Shown piece after piece: positions 1 through 15,559 of a DNA stretch of 64,000 nt. The position numbers and the translations under genes were made by a program. The stretch comes from the human T2T-CHM13v2.0 reference genome, Homo sapiens. The notes under the pieces were generated by a model, which was not told the DNA's origin, ran no database searches, and was given only the letters and a program-made list of their open reading frames with translations. The stretch is taken from the NCBI RefSeq assembly GCF_009914755.1, contig NC_060932.1. One strand, 5' to 3'. Numbering within the stretch: the first letter of the stretch is position 1; the number at the start of each line of letters is the position of its first letter.

Positions 1-414
1 CTAAAGTTAAAATCTTTTCAAAATACTTGGAAGGCATCAAATTGTATTTAAATACAGTACTATGCTATCCATTGCACTTTAATCTAATTCATAAATCTTC
101 AGGTTTTTTCCAGATAACCCATCCTCAGCAGTTGCCTCTAGTTATTTTGTGGAGTCAAGAACAGTAAAGTTGGATTTCGAGACCCACCTTTCAGTGAATT
201 CAGATGGCCCCTTCTCCAGTTGGTCTGAATTAGGGAAGTTTTAATGCATATTTATTTGGATATGTTAAAATTATTCTCCAAGGAGGATGGAAAAGACTGA
301 TATATACACTCTGGGTCAAATGGATTCAAGTCCTATTATTTTAGGCCTCTGAAAAAGATTACAAGTGAAGCTGAACCTGGAGTGGTCCAGTCAAGAAATC
401 ATATCATAGATTAG

Positions 415-565
415 AGCTGTATTAGTCAAAGCATGGCCCATTATGTGCAAGCTTTACAGAAATTCATGGGTGCTACTCCAGATCTACTGATTCAGAAGCT
501 GTTATAGGATTAAGAATCTGTGTTTGAAGAGGGTTTTAAATGCTGGAGTTTGGAAACTGCTGGGT
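415..565. mobile_element. Degenerate MER5-type hAT-Charlie MITE
   Basis: MER5-like motifs 'cagatctactgattcagaa', 'aagaatctgtgttt' and terminal 'gtttggaaactgctg'; boundaries approximate. Confidence 0.5.
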
Positions 566-3500
566 TAGAGCATTGGTCTCCAGCTGCTGTGTTCTTGCCT
601 AAGAGATATGTACAAATGAAAAATATACATAATTGTGTAAGCAAAAATATTAGAATTTCTCTTATACATATATATACATGATCAGTTTCCATTTTCTATT
701 TTTGTAAATGCTTTATAGTACTTTATATAGAAGTACATATATAACATAAAAATAAACAAATATACATTATAGATGCTAAAATGTTTACTTATGGAGTAGA
801 CAATCAAAAAAAGTTTGGAAATACTGAGTCCAGAACATAGTAAATATCCATTTAATCTTTTGGAATGCAAATCCATTGTGTCTGGTTATAAACTATTTAA
901 AATGGATGCTCTTTTCAGCAAAAGAAAATACAAGAAACATACCAAGAGTTTAGCACGGATTGCAATCTTTTAGCATTCTCCTTAAAAATAAAATGAAACT
1001 ATTCTACAAGTACACTTCAAGCCTGTTTTTCTGAGGAGGATGTTAGCAAGGTTTAAAAGGGCATGCAACTGAGGGAACTACCTATTATGGACCCAAATGA
1101 AGTCAGGTGATTTAGAGCAAATAAAGAATTAGGTGCCTTGAGAGAAAAAAAAATCAAACAATGGAAGTAAACAGGGGTTTACGTTCTCCTGTCTAATGGC
1201 TAGGAACAATTAGTTTGGGGAGCTGTAAGAGCACTGCAAAATTTAAAGAAGGTGGAGCAAGCCTGTAAGTACAGACTTAGCAGCTTAACATGCAATTCCC
1301 AGTAACAAAGACTCCCGTTCCCCATAACTGGTGAAATTGACTTCAGCTGTTGGGGTGAAGCAGTTCTTGATTTGAAGCACAGGGGAAAATCTCTTAAGAG
1401 CCTACAGAGTACGATCTTCCCTTTGTTATTTTTCCCCCCGTCTGTCTTGTGTTGTACTCTGCCTTCGATTTAAGAAACAAATAAATAAAAAGAGGACTGT
1501 AATTGAATTAAGAACAGTGAGTCCCAAACTGCATAGTTCTTCACTTGAGACCAAAAGAAGATTTGGTTTTGATCTTAGAGTAACCAGATGCCTCACTTTT
1601 AACAAATTCCCTTGACTTAACACACAAGTGCCCTTACCCAATCAAACAACAACAAAAAAAATTGTGTAACAAAATTAAGGGGGAGGAAGTGGGTAAAAAC
1701 AGCAAATGTTTCCCTTTTTCAAAGTGTGGGAATAGAAATATTCTCTTCTTTGGGTCTAAATATAAGTTTGCTTGCATTGATTTGTAGTAGAGAAATCAGA
1801 AATCAGGATGCTAAAAATCAAAGCAGAAAGACTAGGAGACAACTAAAATTTGGACAGGTATATATCTATTTATATTATTATCTAATGCTGAGAAAAAAAT
1901 TCTCCTAATATCATTTAAATGTTATAAAATACATGAACATCTATTAAATGGATTTTTGACTCATTTTTGTCAGTTTTTGAGATGCTTGTTGCTATTTAAC
2001 ATAAGCCTTGACTTCTTTATATTGTAAGATTCTTGGGTAATTATTTCCTACAGAGACCCTAGTTCTGATGAATGCTTATCCAAATGCAGTGTTACAATTC
2101 TTATTTTATTTTTTGCAGTTCATTGTCTTCACTTCAAGAGTATATGTAAAATAGTAAAAAAGAAAAAAAATCCTTCTTGAGTAGGAAGGTGTCCCTGACT
2201 TTATATTGTTTATTTGACCACCTTATTGCTTATCTTGATCTTAAAAGTTGATCTTAAAAAGTTCTAAACAATAAGTCACTATCAAAAGAAAAATTTTTTT
2301 TTTAAATGGGCCTTCCTATCTTTCATTCTCTGTCTGTGTCTCTGCCTCTGTCTCTCTTTCTCTCTCTGTTGGCCAAGGTAATAAAAGGCTCAAAAAGTAA
2401 GAGAACTTTTTTGTATATCTCCATGAATGATAGAGTGAAAGGGGGAGGGGGGAGAGAGAGGAAATGTGCCCAGAGCTTTAAAGAAACAGAAATGGAGAAT
2501 ACAAAAAGTACTTCCACCCTTTCTGTTTGTACTCTAAAAGTTTTTACAGTAACCATGCTGCAAGTCAGGGGATCACAGGATCCTTTACTAGCAACTGCCG
2601 AAAACTTATCTTGAAGGCACAACTGGTGTTTGGTTGTTGTGCATGGTTTCTAAACCACTGTTTTATGGGTGTGAAATCAGATGAAATATGTTTATGAGGT
2701 TTTGACCCAGATATTCCCTTCTAAGTTTTGCCAAGATATTATATGCTTGGATCTTTTACCATATTTACTTAAATAAATACATTGAGGTTAAGTGCAAACT
2801 TGAGACTAAAACATGCTATATTTGTTCTCAGTCAAAAGCTCACACGTGGAGCTTAGCTGTGTGTGTATGTGTGTGTGTATGTTCATCTCTGTTTATAGGT
2901 TCATGTACTAGTTTTCTAAGACCAAGCTTACGCACGTTGAAGTGGAATGGAGTGCTTGCCATTATCCAGTCGATTTCATCTGCTGTTGCAAATTTCATTA
3001 CTGAAATTTACTCATAAGCACTAACAATCCAAGCTACTGTCAGTGATTATCCACCTTAAAATAATTTTTGAATTCTAAATCTCTTTTACAAAAGCTATCA
3101 TTAAGTTTCACAAACTCAAGGCTTTTTAATGAAGTGGCTTCTAATGTACAAAAGCTTTTAACAGTTTCTTTAAAAAGTCCAATTGGAGCTTCAGCCATGA
3201 TTTCTTCATTTTTTTGCCATCATAATCTGCTCCATATTATTTTTCAGGTTCATCTTATGGGATGTGTGCAGTCTATTCTTTTAGTGGAAATATATTTTAA
3301 AACCTCAGGCATTTTTACAAAAGAGTAGATGGTAATTTGGCAGATGATGGTCAAATGTTTAATGAGCAATTATCATGTTCGTATATGATAGTGCAATGCT
3401 TAGAATTGCTTTAAACTCAACATTAATTGGCCAAACCATAAAACTCCTAAATCTTTAGTATTATTAATCTGTTTATACTGATATAATGTTTGGGCAAGTT

Positions 3501-4245
3501 TTTCAGCACATAAACTGAACAGAACAAAATTTCTACAAGCCAAATATAGGGAAAAGATTGCCAATTCTTAATTTGATGACTACAAAAAAACAAACTCATT
3601 ATATAAAGAACATAAAGCTGAGCAAAGACTAATAGATTAGCACATTGCTCATGAAGACCGTTATCAGCAATGAAGGGGCTTTGGGTAAACTACTTCCTCT
3701 CTTCCCTGTCTTTCTAGAACAGATTAATTAGTTACTTGCTTACTTTCCACTTTACGATGTGCTGTGTAAATTTGGCCTAATGGTGTCATGTCTGATGAAT
3801 ATGAATGTAGCTGCAAAAGTTAACAGGGAAACAAATATCTGCCCTTACTTCTATTTCAGAGTCTACTTTTATCTGACTATAGCTCCTACAGCCAGCCCCA
3901 CCAGGAGTTTTACCTCCTCTAGACCTCTTAGACAAATTTTAAAGATGTTTTTAGATATGTTAGTTTTGGAAAAAATTAAATTAGAGGTTCATTTTGGGAA
4001 AAACATACACACACATAGCAGAATCATTAATAATAAATAGTATATGAACCTCATCAACAAGCAATACAGAATTTAATATTTCTGTAGGCATATGTCATTT
4101 CAGAACTTTCTGTCATTTAATATCATTTAACAATAATTTTTCTGTTGCATAAACGTGTCAAAATTTATTGAACTCATCCCTTATTTTAACATTTGGCTTA
4201 TTCAAAGTTCTTGCTATTAAAATCAATATGCAAAATATCTTATAA

Positions 4246-4506
4246 GTCCAGGTGCAGTTGCTCATGCCTCTAATCCCAGCACTTTCGGAAGCCGAGGCAG
4301 ACAGATCATTTGAGTCCAGGAGTTCCAGACCAGCCTGGCCAACATGGCGAAACCCCATCTCTACTAAAAATACAAAAATTAGCTGGGAGTGGCAGGCACG
4401 TATAATCCCAGCTACTCTGGAGACTGAGGCAGGAGAATCACTTGAGCCCAGGAGGCAGAGGCAGCCTGGGCAACAGAGCAAGACTTTGTCTCAAAAAAAA
4501 AAAAAA
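4246..4506 (+). mobile_element. AluS element with ~30-bp internal deletion in the right arm
   Basis: Left arm, TACTAAAAATACAAAAATT linker and poly(A) present; 'ggaggcagagg' joins directly to 'cagcctgggcaac', so the usual 'ttgcagtgagccgagat...cactc' segment is missing. Confidence 0.95.
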
Positions 4507-5054
4507 TCTCATGAGATAACTTTTGTGAACATTCTTATCTACTAAGATCAATTCAACAAAATGGAAGTGCTTTTGCACATTTTATTTTTCTTACAAAAAG
4601 TTTGTAACAATCGCCCTCCCAGCAGCTGTGTCTGAGGGTGCCCCCCTCTTTGTCCCCTTGTTAACACTGGTGAATAAGTATTAAACATCAAACAAGAACA
4701 GCAACAAAACAGTGTCTTCAGCCATTTCTTTCACTCAGAAAAAAATTACGTGGGACATTTTTCATGTTGGTCTGGTTCTGGCTAATGAAGAAGAAAATAT
4801 TGCAAGCAGTCATCCCCATAAACTGGGAGCATATGGGAGGAGACTTGAGAGCAGGGAAAGTACAGCACTCTGTTGGGTGAAATAGGAAGACTTTACATGA
4901 AGTTAACATGAAGACTTCAGACACTGCTAATGACAATAGCCTCAGCCCTGAGGTAGATTACTTTTTTCAACAACTACTTACCAACAGTCATAAAAAAAAA
5001 TGTTGTTTTTCACCATCCTCTGCCTCTTCCCCAAGCCCCTGCCACCAAATATCA

Positions 5055-5400
<346 letters not shown>

Positions 5401-7702
5401 TTTAGTCTAAATGCCTTCAGAAGTAGCTAACAATTTGAGATTTTCTTGTATAAGACAGACTTTTGCATTTGAAAATATTTACTTAGAAAAATGATCAAGA
5501 AAGTAGACTCTTCTTCTTTAGATGTCTGTTGATATGTATGACGAAATTTAAGGGAATCAAAATAATTCCTTCTGGCGTTTTTGTGTGTTTGTTTTGTGCT
5601 TTTTTTGTTGCTGTCGTTTTTGTAGTTTGTGCCCTTTAAACTGAATCCAGATCTAACAATTTTAGGTTGTTATGTAAGAGGGAAAGCATAAAAGCATTTT
5701 GCCAAAGTCACCGAAACTATACATCTTTTGGGAGATCTACCACCAAGCAGGCAAGAGAGAGACAATTGGAGAGCAATACTTTTAAGTAGAAGAGAGATTA
5801 AAAGCAGATCAAACATTTTGGGCTGAGGTTAGTGCTGTCAGCTCCTTCAAATACTTCCACTTGCATTATAAAGATCTGTGGTACAGACTTGAAGGTGGAA
5901 CCGGGTTCTAAAATTGGAACCCTAGCCGGAAATCATTATAGTTCTATGATTAATTTATGCAAAAGTGGAATCATACGAAATCATGGCCTGAGCTGGAAAT
6001 GAGTCCCCACATAAGCCTTCAGAGTTTCTAATGTCAGTTTGCAGTTTATCAGATGCCCTTGCCTGGTGATTGAGCTCGTAGACTGGAGTCAGGCATCACC
6101 TTTACACAGACCCTGTGCAGGAATTGGTTCTTTTCTTCAGCTGGTATGTGGTTTCCTGTCTTTTATTTAATGTTTCCAAGGTAATGTTTCCAAATGCATG
6201 AGACACAATTTCCTGAGCCTGAATGTGAACAAAATAGAAACTGTATTAACTAGTCCTAGAGGCTCTAGTTTTGGGCCTTAAACACTTACAATCTTGATCT
6301 TGTCTGTTTCATTGCATTAAATTCGTTTCTGTGATTAGCAACCTGAGAACATTGATGAATTTTGGCTGTCCTTTGAATCCCAATGTAAATCTATCGTTAG
6401 AGCTCAGAGATTTCAGGCTTTTGATGCAGGGAGGAGAACACACAAAAGCTTCTAACAACTACTGGAAAAGTGAAACAATGGCTCCCAGCCACGGTTCTTT
6501 TGCATTTGTGCCACAATAAAGTGTTTCACATTGATCTTTCAGTTGTTATGCTCTGAGGAGTATTTGCAGTCAGTAGAAAGAACATCTGTCTACTCAACTC
6601 TTAGATATCAGAGTTTTATACTATATACACATACTCTGAGGACTATCTTTCATGTTTATGTAGCATAAAAATATCTGAAGGAGTTCTCCAGAAATTTTTC
6701 TCTTGCAAGCTTTTAATATTTTATGTTCACTCGATGTGTTTTTCCATTTTCCATCCTAAGAATTTACTTTTAACCTGTTGAAAGGGTTTTAGTATCTGGT
6801 CTCTTGAAAAATACGTTAATAGAGTTTTACTGAAAAGAAACACTGTAATTAGAATGCCATATAAACTTTGATAGCTAAACCACTCAATACCCACTTGAAA
6901 CAAGATGATATTTTTATTATAAAAGCATTTTTATGGATACTTAAATAAAGGTAAAGGGGTCATATTAGCACATGCTACCACACATCCAGTATTTATCCAG
7001 ACAGTCTGGAATCCAACAACCTGGTCTGGTGTCTGAGACATGCAAGAAGTCTGGAATGGTGGCGATGACGGCCATGTTCAAATCCCTTTCTTCCTCTTTC
7101 TTCATTTTCATTCTTCTCTCTTCTGTCTCTCCTGCCAGATTTTTTAATATTCCACTCGGATTAGGGAACTAAATAGCAATGGCACTACTAGAGGAACTCG
7201 AGTCTTTGCTACCCTTCTCCATTGCTAATTTGGAAAGCTTTCTGCAACTCCTGAGCACTGCTTTACCGCTGCCAAACACATTTATAGACTTGTTTGTACC
7301 TGCAGAAGAATCACGTATTTCTTAACACTTTGACTAATTCTGTTTTTCAACAATTCAATTAGAAAAGTAAAACTAATAAATACTATTATTGTACCAGTTT
7401 CTGTTAAGTAGTTACTGAAGAGATATGATGAACAGCGATAACCCTTCAGCCTGACTTTCCTCAGCAAACATACATACTATTTGAAGGATGCTCCTTCACA
7501 TTTGTGATGGGAACATCAATAGGATTAGGATTTGCAGCCAAATGTCACTGCCCTGACTTCTAAGAGAAATGTTGTTGCCTGTTCTTTAGAATAAAGTGTT
7601 GAGAAAAAAAGACAAAACAGAACTGGAGAAGCTAAAAAGACCTGAAAAATCTGCATTAGAAGAAGCAGAGAATACTTTGAAGAGAAACAAATAGATGTAG
7701 AA

Positions 7703-7715
7703 GTGTGTGTGTGTG

Positions 7716-7746
<31 letters not shown>
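7703..7746. repeat. (TG)n microsatellite, ~22 units with one CG interruption
   Basis: Directly visible. Confidence 0.98.
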
Positions 7747-7805
7747 AAGAGAAGGATGGGAGAAATTGAAAGAGCGAGAGAGATCATCAATAAAAGGGGG
7801 GTTTT

Positions 7806-8140
<335 letters not shown>

Positions 8141-8639
8141 TTAGGGAAAGCATTCTGGGAAACTTCGGGACACGAGAATGACAAGGGACACACTGAGGGA
8201 GATGGATGATGGAGAAGAATTTTAAAGATCTGTTGCTCTGTGTCATGCAATATCATCCTGTGTCTGGCAAGCTTAAGGAGCTGCAGTAAAGATGTCAATT
8301 GTCTCCGATTTCACATTTGAGGTTGGATTTTATTTCCCCTGAATGCAAGTCTGTGTAGAGGATTGTTTATGGTGTGGCACAATTTTACAGGATATGCCCT
8401 TGTTTCTGCATTGCCTTCGAATTGTTTGCTAATTCTTTTATCTGTTTTGTTTTTTTTTGCGGGGGGGTGGGGGTTTCTAACTAAGTTTTAAAACAATTAA
8501 GCATTGCACTGCTTTTCTAGCTTTCAACACAGTCTTGGGCACATTTTTGTTATTAATAATGTTCTACCCACCATTCCTTCCCTGATGTGTGTGTGTGTGT
8601 GTGAGAGAGACCCTATCTCAGTTTTCTCTTTGAGAATGA

Positions 8640-9565
<926 letters not shown>

Positions 9566-9844
9566 TTGGGCTCATCAGACACCCTGTTTCCCCTAGGAAT
9601 TTGGATTCTGAACAGAGTGATATAAGGACAGAATTCATGTAGGACTGAGATATTCCAATGGTAACCACTTGAAAACACAAACTTTTTGTTCTTTCTCCTT
9701 AAATGTCTGGACTTGCCCTCATTTGCTCTCCTTTTCAATCAAGTGAATTGCCCTATATCCTTCCAATGAATTATTTTCTTGCTTAGACTACCCAGTAATT
9801 ATTTAGGAACCAGTCTCACTGATGAAATAAGTTATTCAGATTGT

Positions 9845-9960
9845 AGTTATCCTCATAAAATCCCTATTAGGTAATGAGCATGAGTCCAATATTAAAAATG
9901 AAGAAATCTGAGGATCTCAGAAGTGCATTATTTTTCTAAATTCACCAGTTAGTCAGCAGA
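9845..9960 (+). mobile_element. MIR SINE relic
   Basis: Core-like 'aaatgaagaaatctgagg...ctcagaag...cacc agttagt'. Confidence 0.5.
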
Positions 9961-11235
9961 ATTCTATAAATATACACTCTTTCCAGAAATGACACTTGAA
10001 TTAAAGATAACAGATATGTACCACATCGGGTTGCAAAGAGCAAATTCATCTCAAGGGCAGTGATTGCTTTGTTTTGTTTAATAAATATCTCTCTTACCTT
10101 CTTTTTATATTCCCTCATAGTGATTTTTATAAAAGGCTCATATCTCTCAGGACACCTCTTAGTCTCTTAATGGATCAAATTTTCTTTCTCTAAAAGTTCT
10201 GATATAAGTAGAAATGCTTGAATGAGACAGAGAAGAAAGAGAATCTACCTCCGATTATTCATGCATTAGCGTATATCAATTTTTGATTTATTTAGTAGAG
10301 GAAGGAATTATGACTCAAGTTCCATACTTATTTCTGGTGCCTACAAGTTCATCTCCTTCCAAACTCAACTTCCTCACCTTTATTAACTTCTAATCAATAA
10401 TCTTCAGTGTCTATTTTTCCCTGGACTTTCTTACCTTGTTTCAAGTTTCTTTAAAACACACATCTATATTCCATGTTACACAGTGCTCTTTATAACTTTA
10501 ACATAGCCTCTACTCTGTCAGCGAGCTCTTTTTTCCTTCCTGCCGCTTGTCTTCTCCTATATTCCATGTTCAGTCTCTCATCCATTACTTTTCATTTTTG
10601 CTAATGTTTTTCCTTTTGTTTGAAAGTCTCTTTCAATACACTCTATGTTGCATTAAAGGTTTCAGCAATTACACTATTCTTTATAGATCTATCACCTTCT
10701 TGAACTTTAATGGTAATCTTGGTCAGCACAATTTATCCATCAATTTTTTTCTAACTGTTGCAAGTTCACTAACCTTGTCTCTTCAAGGACTGTGCCACAA
10801 TGCAGTATCTTCATGGTGAACTGATGAAGAAAAAGACAGATAATAGGCCCATACTCAGTGATCATGTTTGAGACAGGACTAGGCAATGAGCTATAAAGAA
10901 GGTGATAAGTGGGTGAATTTCACTCCTTTCACCTGAGAAGAATAAAGGATATCTAAGCGTTCTATAACCTACAATATGCATTTCAGAAGGATTTTTTTTT
11001 CAAATATTAATAGGATGACACACTAAACAAGATAATTCTTCATGTGTCAGACTCCCAAATTCTCCAATACTTAGAGCATCTTTTTGACAATCCTGACTAG
11101 TAGTAATTATTAACTTAGTTTTGCCATCCAGGCAACTCAAGGGGATTAAGTAACTTGCCCAAGATCAAACAGCTAATGTAGAGTTGGGATTTACATGCAA
11201 GTATGTTACTTAATAACTCCATACTGTTATCTCTC

Positions 11236-11743
11236 TGTGGTAGGCAGAATATCAGCCTTCCAATGATGTCCATGTCCTAATTCCCAGAACTTGTGAATAT
11301 GCTACATTACATGACAAAGGGAAATTAAGACAGCAGATAAAATTAAGTTTGTTAATTAGCTTATCTTAAACTAGAAAGATTACTCTGAATTATCCAGGCA
11401 GGTCCATTATAATCACAAGGTTCCTTAATTGCAGATGTAGACAGAAGGGTCAGTGTCAGAGTGGCACCATATGAGAAAGACTTGACTGGTCATTGTTGGC
11501 TTTGAGGAGGAAAGGAGGCCATGGGACAAGGAATAGGAACTTGAAACTGACAGAAGCTAGCAGAGGGATTCTCCCTACAGTGTCCAGAAAACAACACAGC
11601 CATAACACATCTTGATTTTAGCCCAGTGAGACCCATTTAGGACTTCTGCTATCCAAAACTATAAAACAATAAATTGATGTTATTTCAAATCACTTTTAAA
11701 TCTGTGGTAACTTGTTAAAGGAACAATAAGAAATTGATATACA
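11236..11743 (+). mobile_element. MLT1D-like MaLR solo LTR
   Basis: Starts TGTGGTAGGCAGAAT, contains 'ttgattttagcccagtgagacccatt', AATAAA, ends 'aaattgatatACA'. Confidence 0.85.
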
Positions 11744-12559
11744 ACTAAGATGTAAAATATTCCAGTGTATTAAGAGTTGTTAAATAATCATGGAGACACA
11801 TGATCCTGATCCCAAAAGATTCTGGCAGGTACCGTTTAACCAAGGGGAGGATAGATTCAGGATGTTATTGTCTCTATTGAAAATCAGTTCACCTTATTTT
11901 AGAGAATAGTTCAAGTTTTCAAGAATATTGGAAGGTGTAGGCAAAGTAAAATACTGTCCTGAGGTAATGAGGACAATTGAAATATCTACTACAGACTCAT
12001 ACCAATAAACTTGCTCTTTTTCAACAATATGAGTCCCTAAATTTACTAGTCCCTACTAATTATAGACTGAATTGTCTTTTAATGCCATACATATTGTCCT
12101 ACAGAGAGCTTGTAAAGTCACCAATTTATATCTAATATGATGGGAGAAGGTATATACACGTACATGAACAGATTCTCTGAGTTGCACAGTAATTGCATAG
12201 ACCAAGGTATGTGTCTCATGCAAGTAAAAATAGGCACACTTTGTATCAGCTTTAAAGGTCTCTCAGAATATCTCAAGTTGTAACAGTTATATAGTGACCC
12301 TAAGTCAATTTATTCATTGAATATTCATTATGTTCCAGTTGCTCTTGTAGGTGCTTGGGATACATCAGGAATATACTATATTTCTTAGAAAATTTGTATT
12401 TCCTGAGAATTTAAAAAATGATCATATATAAACCTGTTTAACTTCTATCCCACAGGGTATTTCAAGTCTCCATAGTCCTGTCCCTCCTAAATTCACTAGT
12501 TATGCTGAATGCCTAGCATAGTCATTATGAGAAAGGTTTGTAGAGTTTGACAAATTTGG

Positions 12560-12760
12560 GTACTGAATACCTTCACTTACTAGCTAGAACATTGGTCCAG
12601 GTGCTAAAATAAGCTTCATTGTTCTTCTCTGTAAAATGGAAATAACAATCTTTATTCAATAGATTAACTAGAAGTTCTAAGTGCACTTAATATATTATGT
12701 ACATAGCATGAGACACTGTGCTTAGTACATATCAAGTATTCAGTGATGATCATTATTGTT
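12560..12760 (-). mobile_element. MIR SINE relic
   Basis: 'tctgtaaaatggaaataacaat...gtacatagcatgagacactgtgcttagtacat' matches antisense MIR core. Confidence 0.55.
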
Positions 12761-14249
12761 ATGATGTCTATTTTGTTCTGTTATTTGCCTATTACTATAG
12801 GCTCTAGAAACAAAAAAAACAGATAAGTTCTTATTAAAATAGAGCAGATTATATAAATTTAAATTCTGTCATGATGTTATCTTGCTGATTTGTAGCTAAC
12901 TTGTACCTACATTATAAAATTCCAATTGATTTTGAGTGAGCCTTACTGGATTATTTTCCCCCTAAATCTTAGCAGCCTGGTCATCCCATTCACTGAGGAG
13001 AATGTCCCTGCAAACAAGGTGAGAGGGAAGGGTAAAGCTCTTTAGAGATGACCTGCAGGAGAGATGATTTCCACCTATTCCAGAAAATCATCAGAGTAAT
13101 ACCTAAGCTAGCCTTAGGTCAAGACCAGGCATTCACAAATCTAGGTAGACATCTCCAGTTTTGCAGCAAACTAGGTAGTATAGAACAAAATGTGGGCAGC
13201 CAGCTGTTTTATATAGCAAAAAAAAAAAAAAAAAAAACCTGCACACATTTTAGGGAGATTATTCTGGGATCATCTTCCCAGATAACTGAAAAGAGAAAAT
13301 TTAAGTATCTAAGATTTAAATGTCACTAATTAATTAATGTGGTTAACAAAATTAAGGAGATAATTAATGCAATTAAGTTGCTGATACCCAAATCAACAAT
13401 TCAACCTACCATCTATCTATCTACTTACTTATCTTTTTAAATGATTTCCGCTTATTGGCTTCAGAAGAATAGTTTTATAATATTGAAATAATGAAATTTT
13501 GTTTCCCTGTGCATATTTTTTATGAGTAAGTAATTGTTAGAAATGTTTTATTTTCATTGGCAGGTCTAAGAAGACTTTTTTTTTAACATTTAAAAAATTA
13601 GCCACAGGATTAAAAAACATATATATCATCCTTTGGCTAGGATAACAGCTCCTAATTGAGACCCAATAAATAGCCTCTAATGTTTATTTAATCAATAAAG
13701 AATTAAATTGGTATCTGAAGGTCAACAAACACAGCCAGAATCCATGAGTGTGTGGCTCTGCGTTGGAACAAGCCATTTATCCTTGACACACACACTTCCC
13801 AACTGAAAGCAGGCACTTTGCATATAAGCCACACGCTGTGTTGATCTGAGAAACTCTGAGCTGGAATCCCAGTTGACAAAGCACACCTGCAGTGGCTCAG
13901 CTTTTCAACATGTCTTCTTTAGACACTAAACAGATAGGAAAATGGGTGAGGTGGGTTGCAGCCCCATGAGCATTCCTCCACCTTAACAGCATGCAAATGA
14001 TTTAACACAAATCCGTCCTGCATTTTGGCATAAATCATTTCCATCTCCCACATAACCACTATCAAGCTAAAAATGTGTTTGGCCATTTGGGGCATATATT
14101 GAAGGCACTGATATTTTCAAACTAAGGTTCTTAAGTAAAATGTGTAAGATTGACAAAAGACTGTTTTCATTCAAAATGAAAATGAAAGTCATCATTCTTT
14201 TCCTTTTTTTTCTTTTGTCCTTCTGTAAATATAGGAGACTTTATGTTTG

Positions 14250-14440
14250 TAAAGTCTAACAGAACTTTCTGCAATGATGGCAATGTTCTTTGTCTAAGGT
14301 TTTCATTACAGTGGCCACTGGCCATGTGTGACTAACAAAAATGAGGTTAGTATGACTAAAGAAATAAATTTAAATTTTAAGTAACTTAAATGTAAATAGC
14401 TATTTATGTATACTGGCAACTACCTTAAGTAGCAGGGCTC
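14250..14440. mobile_element. MER3-like hAT-Charlie MITE
   Basis: 'aacagaactttctgcaatgatggcaatgttct...gtggccactggccatgtgtg...aaatagctatt' motifs. Confidence 0.7.
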
Positions 14441-15329
14441 TAGCTATTTAAGACAGCATTTTACATTTCTTTGAAATTTGGGGTTAATAAAAATTAACCA
14501 AATAACCTTATTTCTGGCAAAATAAGATCAAGATCAATTCAAGAAAATAGAAGGACAAACATCATCACTTTAGCTATAGTTTTTAGTGCAAAGTTTAGAT
14601 CCTTCTTAAGTACAAACGATTTATTGGACAATTATAAATATTTTGTGCTGTCAATGGACTATTTCGATTAACCAGAAGTTATTGTATAGCATCAATTTCC
14701 AGTTTCTAAATGCTGCCACCCATTTAAATAGAGTTCTCACAAAAATACTCTTTAAAAGTAAAACTAGCAAGAATCAAAATATTATGGATTTATTTATCTG
14801 TCTCAAATCAAGACAATAAAGAAGTTTCTTGTTATTTGATTAAAAAATAACACCCCATCAAAGCAATGCTAATAAAGTTTCTTTTCTTTATTCTTCTCAA
14901 AATAACACCCCAAACAACAAGAAGAAAAAGAAGACACTCCAACTCCACCATCAATGAAAAAGAGGCCCTTGGTAATCTTTATCTTTGGAATATAAAGATG
15001 GAAAGGGGTATTGGAAAGGGAGATGACAAAAGACCAAACAGAGAGGATGCAAGTCAATCCAATATTCCTGAGAGAGGCTGAGAAGAGGGAGAAGGGGCTG
15101 GGCCAAAGAGAAGTTTGCTTATTTACCCCTAAAACATTCTAGAAGGTCTCAAGAATTAGATGGCACAGATATTACTGAAATCAGGAGGAAAGCTTGAGAT
15201 GGTGAAACAGAGGGAATATCTAACAGTGTTATAAGTTAGACCACTATGCCATGCATTCAGAGACTTTTCACTCCCTCTCTCCTACCAACACCCCCACCCA
15301 AAAAAAACCAAGAAGATTATGTGCTAGAG

Positions 15330-15504
15330 CAATGTTGCTCAAACTGTGGTCCCCAGGCCACAGATCAGGAAACTTGTTAGGAGTGCATTCTCTGGCCTCA
15401 CCCCAGACCTACTAAATCAGAAGTTTGGGAGTTGAGGTCTAATCAACTGTGTCTTGGCTAATCTTCCGAAAGATTCTGATCATGTTAAGGCTTGAAAACC
15501 ACTG
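15330..15504 (+). mobile_element. MER5A hAT-Charlie MITE
   Basis: 'ctcaaactgtggtcccc...ccccagacctactaaatcagaa...gattctgat...ttgaaaaccactg'. Confidence 0.85.
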
Positions 15505-15559
15505 CTCAAGGGAAATTGAACCAGCAAGGCCCTGGCCTCATTAGTCTAGGCACAGGTTA

